64,000 nt of DNA, from contig OZ024745.1 of NCBI GenBank assembly GCA_964016885.1, positions 66,960,001-67,024,000 of the forward strand. Direction: 5' to 3'. The position numbers were made by a program, and so were the translations under genes. The DNA comes from Eledone cirrhosa. Its lineage: Eukaryota. How positions within the stretch are numbered: the stretch's first letter is position 1; the number at the start of each line of letters is the position of its first letter. The notes below the pieces were generated by a model. The model worked only from the letters and a program-made list of their open reading frames with translations, was not told where the DNA came from and made no database searches. Below, one piece after another: positions 38,526 through 54,741 of this stretch.

Positions 38526-39485
38526 GATACTATTTATAGTTATGTATACACTATATACAACTATAAACAGGAAAGGTCAGTCATTTATTACTACCTTATT
38601 ACCAGTAAGAAAAATAGCTCAATGTAAATACATCAGATGTTTTACAGAGCAGGAATATAAATTACACAATAATCAAAGTTATGTTCAAATCCTTTCTGAC
38701 AATCGTTTCTTCCAAACTCTCGTTTGGAATCATCGGAGCACTAGCAATGTTTGTACATATAGTTAAACTCCTATTCAACTGAACAATCATGTAGATACAT
38801 GGATATTAATGCTGTCAACAACAGTTTCGTATTTACAGAGTGGAGTGGATGCGACATATATTACAAGAGAATTGTACAATAATTAAAATTAAAAAGCACA
38901 GAGTGGAATGCATGCGACAGATATCACAAGGGAATAGTATAATAATTAAAGAGGCATTAAGGAGAAAAGTTACTCGTAAAACGAGTACACCAGCAGTACA
39001 TATGCAAGCGTATATAGAGTGCAAATGCATTAAGCATATACAGGAAGGAGACGAGCAATGGTACTAGGCATATATAGTTACTGTATGGTAAAGGTATCAC
39101 ATAAAATAACATAGGTTTACAAGCATATCAAGCAGGCAAATGTGTTTGTGTATTACACTAAACCAAACAAAAAAATTAGAACTAAAAATATTATTTGGTA
39201 CTCCCCTCGCCCCCCCCCCCCCCATTCTCTTTAAGCGTTAAAACACCTTTAGCAAAGCTATTTTTTAAAGCACTAGACAAATGTTTTCCTTAAGCCCACA
39301 GATACCACTCTATTTTTAACAGACATACTATAAAACTATCCTACTCTACTACTATGAACATAGCACAAAACATAAATAGAATTAATAATAGAAACTTAAA
39401 TTTAAACCCTAACGAAAATTGCAATAATAATACTTCACTTTCACCTCTTATATGGAACTTAAAAAGCAAGAATTTAAATACAATA

Positions 39486-39903
<418 letters not shown>

Positions 39904-40277
39904 TATATAGAGAGAGAGAGAGACAGAGAGAGAGGGAACAGAAGAGAGAGAGAAAGAAAGAAAGAGTGAATGCATGAAGCCATATACGGTATGGTTATGT
40001 ATAATAAACATACAATGCCCATGCTATGAATATTGTTAATTATGATCATGTCACAGATTTCTTAGTAACTGTGTGAGGACATCAGATAGGTATTCCTAGA
40101 TATTTATCCGAAATCAGTGATCTTTACTCATTCGGTACTGAGACAATCACAAGCTATACCTTATATTCTTTTGGGGATGTATAACATCGACTGGATGTCC
40201 GCATTGCATGTATTGTAAATAAAACATCTGATGGAGATGTTCATTTACCAGTAGCGAAAATTTGACCGTCTAGGATT

Positions 40278-40481
40278 ATTTAGCAGAGTGCGTCATAATT
40301 GGGGGGGGGGGGGGTCGATTAAATGTAAACCCATGCATTACTGGTGCTTAATAAATTGACCCCGTAAGGATGAAAGACAAAGCTGAACTTGGTTGGATTT
40401 GAACTCAGAACATAAAGGGAGGTAAATATACAGCAAAACATATTGTCCGAAACTCTATCGATACTGTCAATTCACCGCCCT
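40278..40481 (-). mobile_element. Diverged tRNA-derived SINE
   Basis: GACCCGTAAGGATGAAAG..GGATTTGAACTCAG..CAATTCACCGCCC. Confidence 0.8.
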
Positions 40482-41062
40482 TCATTGATTCATAATAGAT
40501 GTGTATTTAAAGGCATATACGGTATTTTTATGTATATATTTACGCTTTAGACATGTGTTACAGCTGTCTCAGTAGCCATGCAAAACGTCAGACACGTGCT
40601 TCTGAATTCGTATACACCATCGGAGAGATTTGTCTCACACTGTCCTGAAACAATTACAAACCTATAGGTGTTATATGTCATTGCATAGGAAACATAGTTG
40701 AGTATAGAGCAGGTGAAACATCGACGCTTGTTTGCATATAGTGCGAACATAACCACGTGAATAGGATTTATTGGCATTAGTTTAGTTACGTATATGTATA
40801 ATAGTATTTGACTTAAGGCTAATTTTTGCAAATATCACAGCGCTATATGCCAAGTGTAAGAATTACTTACATTTAGAAATGTCAAAAGAATGTGTTCATA
40901 GTTTGTATTCATCCATTATTTATATTTACCGACTATTTTTATATATATCTACACTAACGTGACAATATTTGTAACGACTTTGGAGACAGTAAAATATAAA
41001 CAATTCACTGTAATTTGTGGTTATAAAAGACCTTTACTTTAGTATTGTAACATATTTCATTG

Positions 41063-41092
<30 letters not shown>

Positions 41093-41097
<5 letters not shown>

Positions 41098-41573
41098 TTT
41101 GTCACTTAGTAGAACCTTAATGAATTTAGCTTTTAAAGAATCTCCCTTTCCTTTAATTCTATCTACCATGACTGACCCCCCACTGATCTTATAGACATCT
41201 GTTAGCTTAAGAGAAACTTAATGACAAGGAATGGTATGCCATCCGGAACCTGTTTATAGAATTCTGTCTGCCTTTGTTACTCTAAAAACAAAAATTAATA
41301 AAAATAAACTATAGCTTTGTAGAATTAGCTTTTAATGAATTTCCTTTTCTATCAACCAATGACCTACACCCATCCCACTCCCCACCCTCTCCTACCACTT
41401 GTAGAGACCTATAAATACCATATTTATTTTTTGATACCCAGATTTCTGATGATTTCTAAAGAATGAAACAGTTCTAGTCCTGTAGAATCTCATCTATATT
41501 AAAACTTTTATACTCTGCAATGTATTGAGTACCTTACTTACTGTGGTTACCTCCGATTCAACCCGGAATAACG
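41093..41573 (+). mobile_element. Non-coding hammerhead-bearing element (~480 bp) between (TA)n tracts
   Basis: Canonical hammerhead near the 3' end; a rearranged piece of the same family lies at 43638-43718. Confidence 0.7.
41440..41490 (+). ncRNA. Type I hammerhead ribozyme, canonical core
   Basis: AGATTT-CTGATGA-T(TTC-TAAA-GAA)T-GAAA-CAG(TTCTAGTC)CTG-TA-GAATCT; predicted GUA cleavage after 41484. Confidence 0.82.
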
Positions 41574-41612
<39 letters not shown>

Positions 41613-43489
41613 ATATGAAAATATGTTTAGATGCATTGAACAAAATTTGAAATTAATGAGAAAGTTAGAAGCACTATCGAATGTTTTAAATATAGAAAAT
41701 TACCCTAAATAATGTGTTAATGTCCATTTATGTCGTTAAAAGGAGGATTATATGCCTTATCTTTTAGACCATTTTCCTATAGTCCAAAAATTGGATGATG
41801 CCTCTAATGTATGTATATAAACCTGCTAACATAAAGCTATCAGCTTTCAGGTACGTTTTTGATCATGAAAAATAGGCGATTAAGCCCAGAAGACAAGGAA
41901 TTGTTCGACGGTGCCTGTAGGCAGGGTGGCGTTCAGCTAGCAGGAAAATTCAAAATAAGTGAATTGGCAGAGTCCTAAGAACATCGAATATAATGCTTTG
42001 CAGTATTGGTTCCGCTTACTGCGCTCTCTGAGTGCAATTTCTGCTGGTTAATTCTTCTTCTATACCAATTTATCACTTCCTCTTTTCCCACACTCTCCTT
42101 CTCTGGACGAAATCGCTCCCATGATTCCATCTGGAGGTATGTGTCCATACATATATATAGTATACCAATGGAGATACGGCTCTTTTTTCTGATTAAATGA
42201 ATGATTGGGTTTTTACCAAAGTACCTAAATCTGAAAATATCAATATATATATAAAGTTATCAATATGAAATTATATTTACTATTATGAATCTCTACAATG
42301 ATTTCTTATCCCTATGAAAATTAGTAACAATTGCTGATTATATGTGATTTAATTTAATTTAAAAAGCAGTAAGACGCCAATGTAAATGAGTTGAGTATAT
42401 AAAAGTTGTAATTAACAGAATGGAAATATTTGAGACCGTAGACAATAATTTTATTTGCGTGACCAGAATACTGTGATATATGTTTATATTCTCCGGTGAA
42501 GATTATATAATATCAATGAACCCCATTAACTGCTTAAATTTATTTTATGTTAAGTGTATTATTATATTTTGAAAATGTTATTTGTTACGATGTGAGAAAT
42601 TATACATCATATTAGAATGTTTGTTTACGACGTACATAGAAGAACGACTTATTGAACTGTTTAACCGCATACAGTTACATTTAATATTAGTTTACAACAC
42701 TCATTGATTGCTCCATTAGTTGATAACATAGGTTAGGTGAACATATTACTTTAGTTATTAACAAAACATAATATTATTTTTTTAACATTTAAGTAATTCG
42801 ATTTATTGAGGTAATTTCTTTATTGGAAAATGAAAATAAAACACAATGGCACTTCCATTATAAATATTTGGAATTATATGAGCGATAATTTCATACGACC
42901 AATATAGTCACATGAAAAATGATGCATGGTGAATCGTTTAAATGATATTAAAGTAAGATGTGTTTAAATAATATGAGATAAGTTAATTAAAATGCAAATG
43001 GTGTAGGGGTTAATAAGTGTAAAGTTGAAAGAAATGGTGATAAAATATCTTTTAATTTTATCAAGACATTGAAGCCGTCAATCAAACAAACACATAAATA
43101 TATCTAAAAAATTGAAACTTCAGCAAATAAAATAACATAGAGAACAATACAAAGATCGTGTATTCGTTTTGCGATTGATATAGCTGAAAATGAGCCTAAA
43201 CATTTCCTACTCTAATCCTTCACGCGTCATCAGAATATAGACAATGAGAGAGAGACGAGAAAAAGGAGGGTAGAAGTGTGTAGGGAAACGGGAAGTGTAC
43301 TCTCAGGCCAGAGTGCATTTGTTTTGTTAATCAACCACCTTGATACGTTCATACATATATGCGTACCTAAATAATATATATATAGATATATGTATTAGTT
43401 AGGTGCTCCCGAGGGTGTCGTAAGGGCGGCCTATTGACATACGGCTAGAGAGAGTGGGAGAATAGAAGTGAGAAAAAGATATAGAGGAG

Positions 43490-43610
43490 GAATCAACCCC
43501 AGTACTTGTTTAACGACCTCAAAAGAGTGAAAGGCAAAGTTAACCTCGACGGGATTTGAACTCAAATGAATACCGCAAACCATTCCATCCAACGTTCTAA
43601 CGACTCACCC
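43490..43610 (-). mobile_element. Degraded SINE fragment
   Basis: GAAAGGCAAAGTTAACCTCGACGGGATTTGAACTC. Confidence 0.7.
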
Positions 43611-43637
43611 ATTTATATATATATATATATATATATT

Positions 43638-43718
43638 AATATAGAGGAGATTCTACAGGACTAGAACTGTTTCATTCTTTAGAAATCATCTTACCTCCGA
43701 TTCAACCCGGAATAACGT
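43638..43718. mobile_element. Inverted hammerhead fragment fused to the 3' terminus of the 41093-41573 family
   Basis: 43638-43690 is the reverse complement of 41448-41500; 43691-43718 equals 41546-41573; (TA)n on both flanks. Confidence 0.8.
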
Positions 43719-43794
43719 ATATATATATATATATATATACATACATATATATATATGTGTGTATGTATGTATGCATATATATACATATATATAC

Positions 43795-44796
<1,002 letters not shown>

Positions 44797-45297
44797 TATT
44801 GGGATGGCTTTAAAAATGAGGCTTGCTTGCATAATTGCAAACGAATCGAATATTATTATTAATATTCGAAAAATTCAGATTACATTTATATATATATATG
44901 CATAAATACATACATACTTCTATATGTATATGTGGAGGTGGATGCGAGAAAAGAAATACTTTTATAAGAAATGTTAACAAGATTTGGTGAAAGCATGCTT
45001 GTTCGTGCTTTGTATTTGAAAGTGGGAAAAGATGACTTAAACTCAATAAAATATAATTCCCTCAGATTTTGACATCAAACAATGAAATGTGAAGAGAATA
45101 TATGATGTTGCTCTGCCTAATATTTCTATTTAGTTTAGAAGAAAGAACTTTAATAAATATTTCCAAGTTACATAACCTCTTAATTACTAACTGTCTCTTT
45201 GTATTGTTTTTATAATCTTTTATGATGAATGTGAACTTCATATTAATTTTGTAATATTTATACTGTTTAAATGATTAGCCGTATTGATAATAATAAT

Positions 45298-45483
45298 TGT
45301 TTCTACTTTTGGCACAAGGCCAGCAGATTATCCAGTACATTACTGGTACTTTATTTTATCGACCCCGTAAGGATGAAAGGCAAAGTTAACCTCGACGGGA
45401 TTTGAACTCAGACCGTAAAGGGACGTAACTATGCTAGAAAGCATGGCGTCCAACCCTCTACCGGTACTGCCAATTCACCGCCC
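45298..45483 (-). mobile_element. tRNA-derived SINE (short form), full length
   Basis: Head GGGCGGTGAATTGGCAGTACCGGTAGAG and B box present; TSD CCGTATTGATAATAATAAT at 45279 and 45499. Confidence 0.92.
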
Positions 45484-47480
45484 TTTTTGCCAATTCACCC
45501 CGTATTGATAATAATAATATGCAACGTTTATTGATAGTTTTTTTTTTTTTTGCAAGAGAAGAAATTGTGACAAGTCATATCAGTTCACCCTGTTTAAATA
45601 AAAGAACAGTTAAATTCATTTTATTTTTCGGGGTTGTATTCTTATTTCCTTTCTTTGATCTACCTTTTTAGGTTCTGCGGTGAGATACATAAGGAATAAA
45701 ATCAAGTTAAACATCTATACAGACTGACTGCTTCAATTATGGTTAGTCTTTATTTATCTTATTCAAATTAAATGTATATTTTCCTTCTCTTCAATTTCGT
45801 TTAGCTAAACATTTGTAAATACTGTGGCTACGAACAATTAGATTACTTTTAATGCGTTATGAAAACCCGAAGATGACAAATAGGCAGAAATTTTAGAGGG
45901 CCAGATATAAAATAAAGTTGTATTCGTTCCGGCTGTGAGCGCTCTGGATTTAAATATTCTCAATGTCACTCTTATTTTTCTAGATTCGAAACATAATGTG
46001 CCTCTGTGTGTGATTGTATGTGTGTGTGTTTTTGTGTGCGTGTGTGTGTGTGCGAGTGAGCTTGTGTGAGTGAGCTTGTGTGTGTGTGTGTGTGCGCGCG
46101 CATACATGCATACACAAATATTTATATGAATTTCAGTAGTCGCCAGTCGGTGTAACTCTGCCTCCTGCGAATTTCACTGAATCTAAAGTGTATATTTGTT
46201 AATTGTCTATGTTAGGAATTCCAGTAAATCTGGCTGTAAATTAAATTAAGTTTAGCAATTTGCTTTCGATTTTTTTTATACTTCCTATTCAACACCCAGA
46301 CTGCTATATTCATTTTATTTTTTTATTTTTTTTTTTTTTGTCTTTTAAGTGATCGCACATACCTAGTCAGTCTGAGGATCGACATCGTATATAACCCGAA
46401 TAGAATAATCATAGAATAATAATGTGACGTCTTGCTTTAAAGGTTTTGAACAGAATACAGAGAAAGATTTCAAGACCTGGCAAACAAGAATCTGTTCTAT
46501 TAAAAGACAAGATATTTAAACGTTAAACCTTCTATTACTAATGGCAATTCACCTTATTCGACATTCGACGAACTATGTATTTGACTTCAGTTGAGCTTAC
46601 AACTGTAATCTGACATATTACACCTGAAAACTACAGCTATGTAAAATCGGATCTTCATATTTAACTGTTTCTGGTGTAGGATTGTATTACAGATTCTTAC
46701 TATTCAAGACTTTCTTTGTGTATACGATAAAACACTTACATATATCCACTCTGAATATTTTATAGACTGATTAGTGATTTTGTTCTAGCCATTTAGCAAT
46801 TATGTATCTGTTTTTGAATGTGAAGAACAATTTCAAACCTTCATGATTTCTTTTATTACTGGTTAGATAAACTTAAATATTCAAACATGTAATTTAACAG
46901 TCACATATATCACGACCATAAACGAATTATGAATATACTTTCAAACATAAATCACAAGAATGTGTGCACATATTTATAATGCTAATATTATATATTTATA
47001 CATTTAAATCACAGGCTGACTCAAACACCTGTCTCAAATTGATTTATTCCATAAATATATAGTAACAGAATGTTATATATACATGTAAGTGTATGTGTGT
47101 GTGTATCTATGTGTATCTGTGTGTTGTTGGAGGTTTCGATCAGAATAGAAAAGAGATAATTTCGCAAAGGTTCTTACAATACTTAGTAACGCCCTTTTTC
47201 ATTCTGAATTCGAATTTTGTCGAGATCGATATGCCTTTTGTCCTACCGATAAAATAAGTACCTGCCAAACATTGTGGATTAGCAAATGTAATTTCTATTT
47301 TTGCTTCGGAGTAAAACATCACTTTGGAGCAAGGTATCTCTTTATAGACGAACTAGATAATCAAAATAAGAAGACTACCATTAGAAATGAGAGGTGTCTT
47401 CGGATCTAGCATGAAATCGATAATGGTTTTCGGTGAAAACGACACTTATGTTGGAGCGTTAAGCGAAAGACCATGTTTGA

Positions 47481-47530
<50 letters not shown>

Positions 47531-49025
47531 ATATATATTGTTTCACTCGGTCTGCTAATAACCACTTCCTGAATAAAATATAACAATCAGATATTAATAC
47601 ATGCGACATTAATATATTTAAAGAGATATAAGTAAATGAGATGTATCAACGTAATAAATATACACCTATATAAACTTTACATTATTGCTGTGTATTATCA
47701 ACTAATTCTATTCTCAATCAATGTAAATGTCATACTTATTATGAGTAGTATTTTACGCTGTAATTTCTAAATAATATATTCAGACTGTTAATTATCTAAA
47801 TATTTATTAGGAAGAGCAGTGAATTAGAAACATTGATATCATACTATTATGCTAAATGCTATTATGTCTCGCTATGTTTGATATTGTTTCTTGTCAATAT
47901 ATCCTTGCATCAGTTCACTTAGCTGTAAACATATAACATAGACCAGTACATAACCCTATTGTAGGTAGTGGTCAGGATTACTTGTAGAATAGAGTTCACG
48001 TCCTGAAATATGACGGCTCTTGACTCGATTTAGGAATTGTAAATTGCTAACGTCTCATTTAAGGGGAAATTAATACAGAAATGATATTTGGCTAGCTCCA
48101 TAGTTAGAAACTTTCAAACTAAAACAATATTCAAAATAGCAGGCAAAAGAGCAGCATAGCAACATATATTACCAAATGGGTCTGTTGTTTAGATAATCAT
48201 ATTGAGATAATGGAGTAAGTTGTGGATTTACTTCTCCTCTTCAAAGTAATATTACGATATGAGATTCATATTACACATGGAATTTAAAATATTTGATACA
48301 GAGTAGTGGGGAATGATAACAGCTAATGACTCGGCTAAAGAAATGCCACGGCGGCAATCGTTTAACTTACTAATAATTTAGCGAACCTAGGACACTTTGC
48401 ATCAAGAAAAAGAGGTTGGGTTAGAAAAATTGGGAGAGTTTTGTTAAACGTATAGAATTCTCCTTCAAGAAGTAAGATTAATTTGAATAGAAGTCCATAG
48501 AGATATCAGCGGGAAAAGGAAAACAAAGGAATTAGCAACAGATGGAACATAAAGGGAAATAAGATAGATTAAAATTGATCTCTAACACAATTCAAATTAT
48601 TCAGCAGAATCATAATTAGACAAGGGTGGGTAAAATCAGGAGAAGAATCTAGAGATGTCATGAAATTCCAATATTCCATTATCTCAAAAGCTTAAAGAGT
48701 GGATGTGAATCAGACAGTGAATAATCAGTACTTTGTTAGATTCGAACGTGTCATGTACCTTATATTATATTTTATCGGGGACAAGTGTAGAATTAAATCT
48801 ATGTTCATGTGGAGACTATCCTGAAATTGTATGACATTATTTGTTCCAAAGTTAAAATTACCAGACTGAAAATTGCTCTACCAAAATAGAAGGTGCAATA
48901 TATTGTTCAATACCTATCAACCGCATCTTCCTATATATTGAGGCTCTGAAAAGATTCGACAACAGAAACAATTAACCTCTCCATAGTTGTCCTCTCTCCC
49001 TCTCTCTTCTCCCTCTCTCTCTCTC

Positions 49026-49087
<62 letters not shown>

Positions 49088-49129
49088 GTATAATATATAT
49101 ATGTATAATAATATAATATAATATATATA

Positions 49130-49181
<52 letters not shown>

Positions 49182-49344
49182 ATATTATACTGATATATAA
49201 TATATATTATATATATTATATATTATACTGTTATATAATATATATATATATATTATATATTATACTTATAATTTAAATATACTGTTTTAAACTTTTCCAA
49301 CACTAATTTGCATAATAAACCAACAATAAATCTAATAACTCCAC

Positions 49345-49528
49345 TATCCAGGAGGTTCCAACCAGAATGGTTGCATTTTTTAAGAGTATGTCAATATTTA
49401 TTTATAAAACTAACCTATATTATATTTTATCTGATGAAAGCGCACCATAGTTTGCTCTGGTGGCCCTTGAAATATGTATAATGAAATAAATATGGTTTTA
49501 TAAATATAGTTTCCATTTGTTAATATAT
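49345..49528 (+). mobile_element. Second copy of the minimal-hammerhead element (ribozyme at 49424-49487)
   Basis: ATTTTAT-CTGATGA-..-GAAA-TATGTA-TA-ATGAAAT; ends in (TA)n. Confidence 0.78.
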
Positions 49529-49550
49529 TGTATATATATATATATATATG

Positions 49551-49626
<76 letters not shown>

Positions 49627-49757
49627 AGAGATTACATGAAAAAGAACATGCTTTTTCATTACAGGGTATTTTTACCGCCAGAGTCAAAGACATAAACTGT
49701 GTAAGTCCTTTCTCCGTTGCTTCATTTGATATATATATATATACACACACACATACC

Positions 49758-49802
<45 letters not shown>

Positions 49803-50533
49803 CACAGACAGAACAATACACACATGCACAAACATAGACCAAACTTCAGACACTCACACACCTTCACGAACGATGGATACACCACTCCAACGCACATATT
49901 CAGAAATAGAATTAAAAACAATCCACACACTCACATGACCCTTCTCTTCTTCATCTTTATTTTCTCTTTCCTCTGCCTATTAAACTCTAAGCAGATTATA
50001 TTAAACTACTCTATTATGTAGTAGAAGATACGAATATGGTAGGCTCTGCTGTCGAACCAGAAACAACCTCATTACTAAGCGAAATTCTAAACCCCATACA
50101 ACTGTGACTACACATTAAAAGTATTTATCATGTTCAGATATATAAATATGAATAGAAGAATATTCATTTGCATATAATATAGTGTCTCCCTTTCAAAACA
50201 TTGATTCTAGCCTTTTCACCGTTTCTTACGTCTTGGGGGTGTTATGAAATATATGCTACGTATATCTTTCAGAATGCACTCGAAATTAAAGATAATTTTT
50301 TCCCTGTGTAAAATATCGATATTACATGATTTAAAGTTATTATAACTGCCACTCAAAATGTGTATAAGAAAAGCGACATATTCAAAGAGTATGCTGCCGG
50401 AAGTCAGATATTCACTTCACCTATTGTTTTGTTCTTGTTTAAACACTTGTAAGCAACGCAAAGATTTACTGCGGGATTAAAAAGACAATGTCATACGAAA
50501 GAAATGTATTTATATTCACATATTTCAGACTTA

Positions 50534-50614
<81 letters not shown>

Positions 50615-50937
50615 CTGTGTCTGTGTGTGTCTATATGAGTCCATGTGTGTCTGTGTGCGTGTTGGTGTGTGTGCACGTAGTGTCAATGTGTAAAGATATG
50701 TGTATATACAGACGTTCAATTCTGAATGAGATATAAGACGATTATCTCAAATAACATGCTCACTATCCACATAGAACAAATTCATAGCTGTGTTCCATCT
50801 ACAACAATCCAACACTGCAAAGGTGTGTGCAAGCCGTTTTTCTGTCTTTTTAGTAAACGTAGCTTAAATGAAAAATGTATATTTAATATCTCAAATATAA
50901 TCGAAACATACATTAACGACATGCCGCAACGCCATCA

Positions 50938-50975
<38 letters not shown>

Positions 50976-51105
50976 CTTACTCTCTTCCTATCTGTTTATC
51001 TTCCCCTCTCTCTCATTTCCTCCCTCATTTTTGTATGCTTTCTGTAAAGCTAAATCTACTAAAGATCGAACCTTCTATTTCGCTCACCAATAGACATTGA
51101 CAGTA

Positions 51106-51350
51106 TAGGGATGTGGTCAGACGCCATGCTTTTCTTACGGGATCGATAAATAAAGTCCCAGTAATGCACTGAGGTCGAATCAATCGATTTACCCTCCCCC
51201 AACATTGCTGGCCTTGGCCCTAAAGTAGAACCAATTATTATTATTCAAATCCCGCCGAGGTTAACTTTGCCTTTCATCCTTACGGAGTCGATAAAATAAA
51301 GTACCAGTAATACACTGGATATTTGCTGGCCTTGTGCCAAAAGTAGAAAC
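51106..51350 (+). mobile_element. Two tandem SINE copies separated by (ATT)n
   Basis: 51106-51232 and the 5'-truncated 51246-51350 each end TAGAA.C.ATTATT. Confidence 0.85.
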
Positions 51351-51367
51351 AATTATTATTATTATTG

Positions 51368-54300
51368 TTCTTTGAGTCTCAGTCATTGATGTTAGTTAAC
51401 TGGAAAGTTTGTTGAAATGAATATCAAGCCACTACCTGCAGCCTCAGATATTCAGGACGTATCGGAGGGTTCTTGCTGTTCCCAGCAAGCATGCCTTTTG
51501 AAGTGTTCCAAAATGCGGGTCGGGGCCAATTTTCTTTAACCATCCCTGAAAACTATTTGAGATAGTACCTAATGCGCCTATGACAATCGGGACCACTTTG
51601 ACTTCATGGCAGTTCCAAATCATTTTTACCTCCCACTTTACGTCCTGGTATCGGTTAATTTTCTCCCTCTCCTTCTCTTGCACTCTTGTGTCGAATGGGC
51701 AGGCCACATCCACAATCAGACACTATTTCTTTCCTTGTCCAAAACCACCAGGTCAGGTCTATTGTATTACAGTTTCTTGTCCGCCTGTATCCTAAAATCT
51801 CACAGCACCTTCACCTGATCGTTTTCTATCACCATACCACTTCTCAGAATGAGGTAAATTGTTTACTTTGCATAGGTGCCAGTGGATCACCCTGCCTATC
51901 GCATCATGTCTCCAGCCTTTATAGTGAGTCTGTACTAGGCGTTTACACTCGGATACAATGTAAGCCACAGTCTCCTCTCTCTCTCTCTCCACATATCCTG
52001 CACAGTGGGCTAGCTTCCTCCTTGTAAATATGGTGTTTCAACCACTTCGTTTTGAGGGCCTGCTCTTGCGCAGCCATTAGCATTCCTTCTGTAGCCTTTT
52101 TAAGGTCTCTTCTTTTCAACCAGTTCCATGTCTCTGGATCTCTGAATTCAGTTTTCTCAAAGAAGGTACTATGAGGGATTTTTCATGTAGGCTGCTCTTT
52201 CTCCTTGTTGTTATTTCCTCCTTGGACATCCCCTTGTCTATTGTCCTCTCCTTCAGTACGATTCTGAGCATTGGCTCCTTACTATCAGTCACGCATTTGT
52301 GTAGGTTGTTTTTCTCCATCTTAACGCAGTCCTCTATGCTGATAAGACCTCTTCCGCCTTCAGATCTCCTTAAGTAGAGTCTATTGACATCACTCCTCTT
52401 GTGGAACATCTTGTAGATAGGCAATAGCTTCCTAGTCTCCCTATCCACTTCTTTTTGTTCAGGAATATTCCATCTCAGAATTCCCTCGCTGTACCTAATA
52501 ATAGACACAGCTCGGGAATGTACTGCACTTATGGCATTCCTACTGTTCAGATGTGACTTTAATACGCTCCTTACTCTCCGAATGTACTCAGATCTTATGA
52601 ATTACTTCATTTTTTTTTTCTTGATGTCATCAGCCTCCAGAACACCCGAACACTTGTATCCTTCTTCAGTGTCAATTTCCTTTATCATCTCACCTGTTGG
52701 TTCCTGGATTCCGTTGCTTCTGCTCAATTTACCCCTCTTCATCACAAGGACTCCACACTTACTAATACCAAATTGCATACATATATTATTGCTGAAAATA
52801 CGGACAGTGTCAACAAGCACATCCAACTCCTTCTCACTCTTCCCGAAGAGCTTAAGGTCGTCCATGAAGAGGAGGTGATTGATGGTAAGCTCTCCCTTTC
52901 CCAACTTGTATCCTGCTCTCCCTTTTCGCAGTATAATGGTCAGGGTATCAGGGCAAGGACAAACAACAGAGGGGACAGACTATCTCCCTGGAAGATTCCT
53001 CTCTTGATCTTCATGCCTCCCAAGGATTCTCCATCTGATGTTAACTCTGTTTTCCAGGACTTCATACTTTTTCTCAACAACTGTCTGATGTTATCTGCCA
53101 CCTTGAAGATCTCTAGGCTTTTGGTGATCCAAGAATGAGGCACCATGTCAAATGCCTTTTTGTAGTCTATCCATCCCATGGCAAGACCAGTGTGTCTCCT
53201 CTTGCAATTCCTCATTACCATCTTATCAATAAGTAACTGGTCCTTTGTACAACCGGACTTCTTTCGGCATCCTTTCTGTTCGTCCGGTAACAAGTTGTTT
53301 GTGTGGAGGTGATGGTAGATTTCCTCAGACACAATGCTTGTCAACAGTTTCCACATTACGGACAGACATGTGATAGGTCTATAGTTGGTAACATCATTAC
53401 CCTTGATTCGGTCTTTCATTACTAGAACTGTGGTACCTTTTGTCAACCACTCTGGTACCTCACCTGACATCAAGTAGTCATTGAACACGGTTGTCAGTTT
53501 CGGGTGGAGGGATGTTATATTTTTAATCCAATACCCCTGCACACCATCTGGGCCTGGTGATTTCCAGTTGGTTAGTTTTTTGGCCTGCCCCTTAAGAGTT
53601 TCAACTGTGATACTCAAATCAGTTTGTTGGTGGCCCTGTTCACTAATCTCCTTTTGTACTGTCTCAATCCACACTGCCTGGTCATTATGTTTAACGTCCT
53701 GCTCCCATATTCCTCTCCAGAATGTCTTAGTTTGGTCCGCCTCAGGGATCAAGTCGTTGCCTCTTTCTTTCCCTTCAAGCTGTCCAAACAACATCTTCTG
53801 GATGTTGTGAAACATGCGGTTCTCTCTATACTGACTGACTCTGCTCTCATATCGCCTAATTTTTGCACTCTTTGCTACAATGCGTTGCTTCAGTTCCTCT
53901 ATGATAATATTTAGCTTTTTCCTCCTAGTTTTGTACTTTATTTCCAGTCTACTTTTAGTGTCTATGTTCTTTAGTGTCCCATTCGGTAGGGACTCAAGCT
54001 TTCCCATATCATTTCTCATTTCCCTGATTTGACCATTCAGTCGTTTCTTCCACCAAGGTTCTGATCTTTCTTGTTTGTTGTTTCCTCTCGCTTTTATGCC
54101 AAGTAATTTCCTCACCGCATTTGCTGTTGCTTTGAGGATATTGTTGCACTGGTGAAGGCTCCTCGCCTCAAGGTATGGGATGACTTTGTTTACCTTAGCT
54201 GTTGTTTCTTTTAACTCTTTCCTGTCTACAAATCTTAGGCTCATAGGTTTCCCACTATCATTGTTCATTTCATCTACCACTAAGTTTAGGATATCAACCA

Positions 54301-54682
54301 AATCTTGTCCTAGCTCGTCAGCATTCATCTCCTCAATGGCCGTATCTTTGTTCCAGGTATTATTTATTTCAGCATTCAGATCATTGTCTGCTTCAGATAG
54401 TTCCTCCGTTCTCTCAACCTCTTCACCTTCATTACCCACTGGCTCGTTTGCCTTGGCATACTCCACTCTCCATTTCCAACCTAATCTCTCTGCTCAGTTC
54501 CTCCAGTTCCAGCTCGCTTATCCACAAATTAGTTCTTATTACCCGAGCCTGCCCGGCCAATTTTTGTTCATTTAATTTAAATAGACCGATCTCGTTCCAG
54601 ATCTTATGCATCCGTTTCCTATAGCCTTTTTCCTTGGGGTTACTCTTCAGGTAACATTGCATAACAGTTCTATTCAAATCTT
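51368..54682 (-). mobile_element. Dong/R4 RLE LINE copy X, near-complete ORF, degraded
   Basis: N-terminal VMQCYLKSNP..RKRMHKIW, RT motifs KSPGPDG, DYKKAFD, FQGDSLSP, LFMDD, then RHD and RLE; several frameshifts; ends in (AAT)n. Confidence 0.95.
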
Positions 54683-54696
54683 CTTCTTCATCATCA

Positions 54697-54731
<35 letters not shown>

Positions 54732-54741
54732 GTTATTGTTA

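Noticed and set aside
38835-38950. Two-copy imperfect tandem repeat of about 63 bp
   Set aside because: Ordinary local duplication with no further structure.
45298-45483. tRNA gene (A and B boxes)
   Set aside because: Multi-copy with TSDs and tails, and no cloverleaf; it is a SINE head.
47370-47430. Hammerhead-like ACCAT..GAAA-TCGA-TA-ATGGT next to (TA)n
   Set aside because: No recognisable CUGANGA core and only one copy here; it may be a decayed member but cannot be supported.
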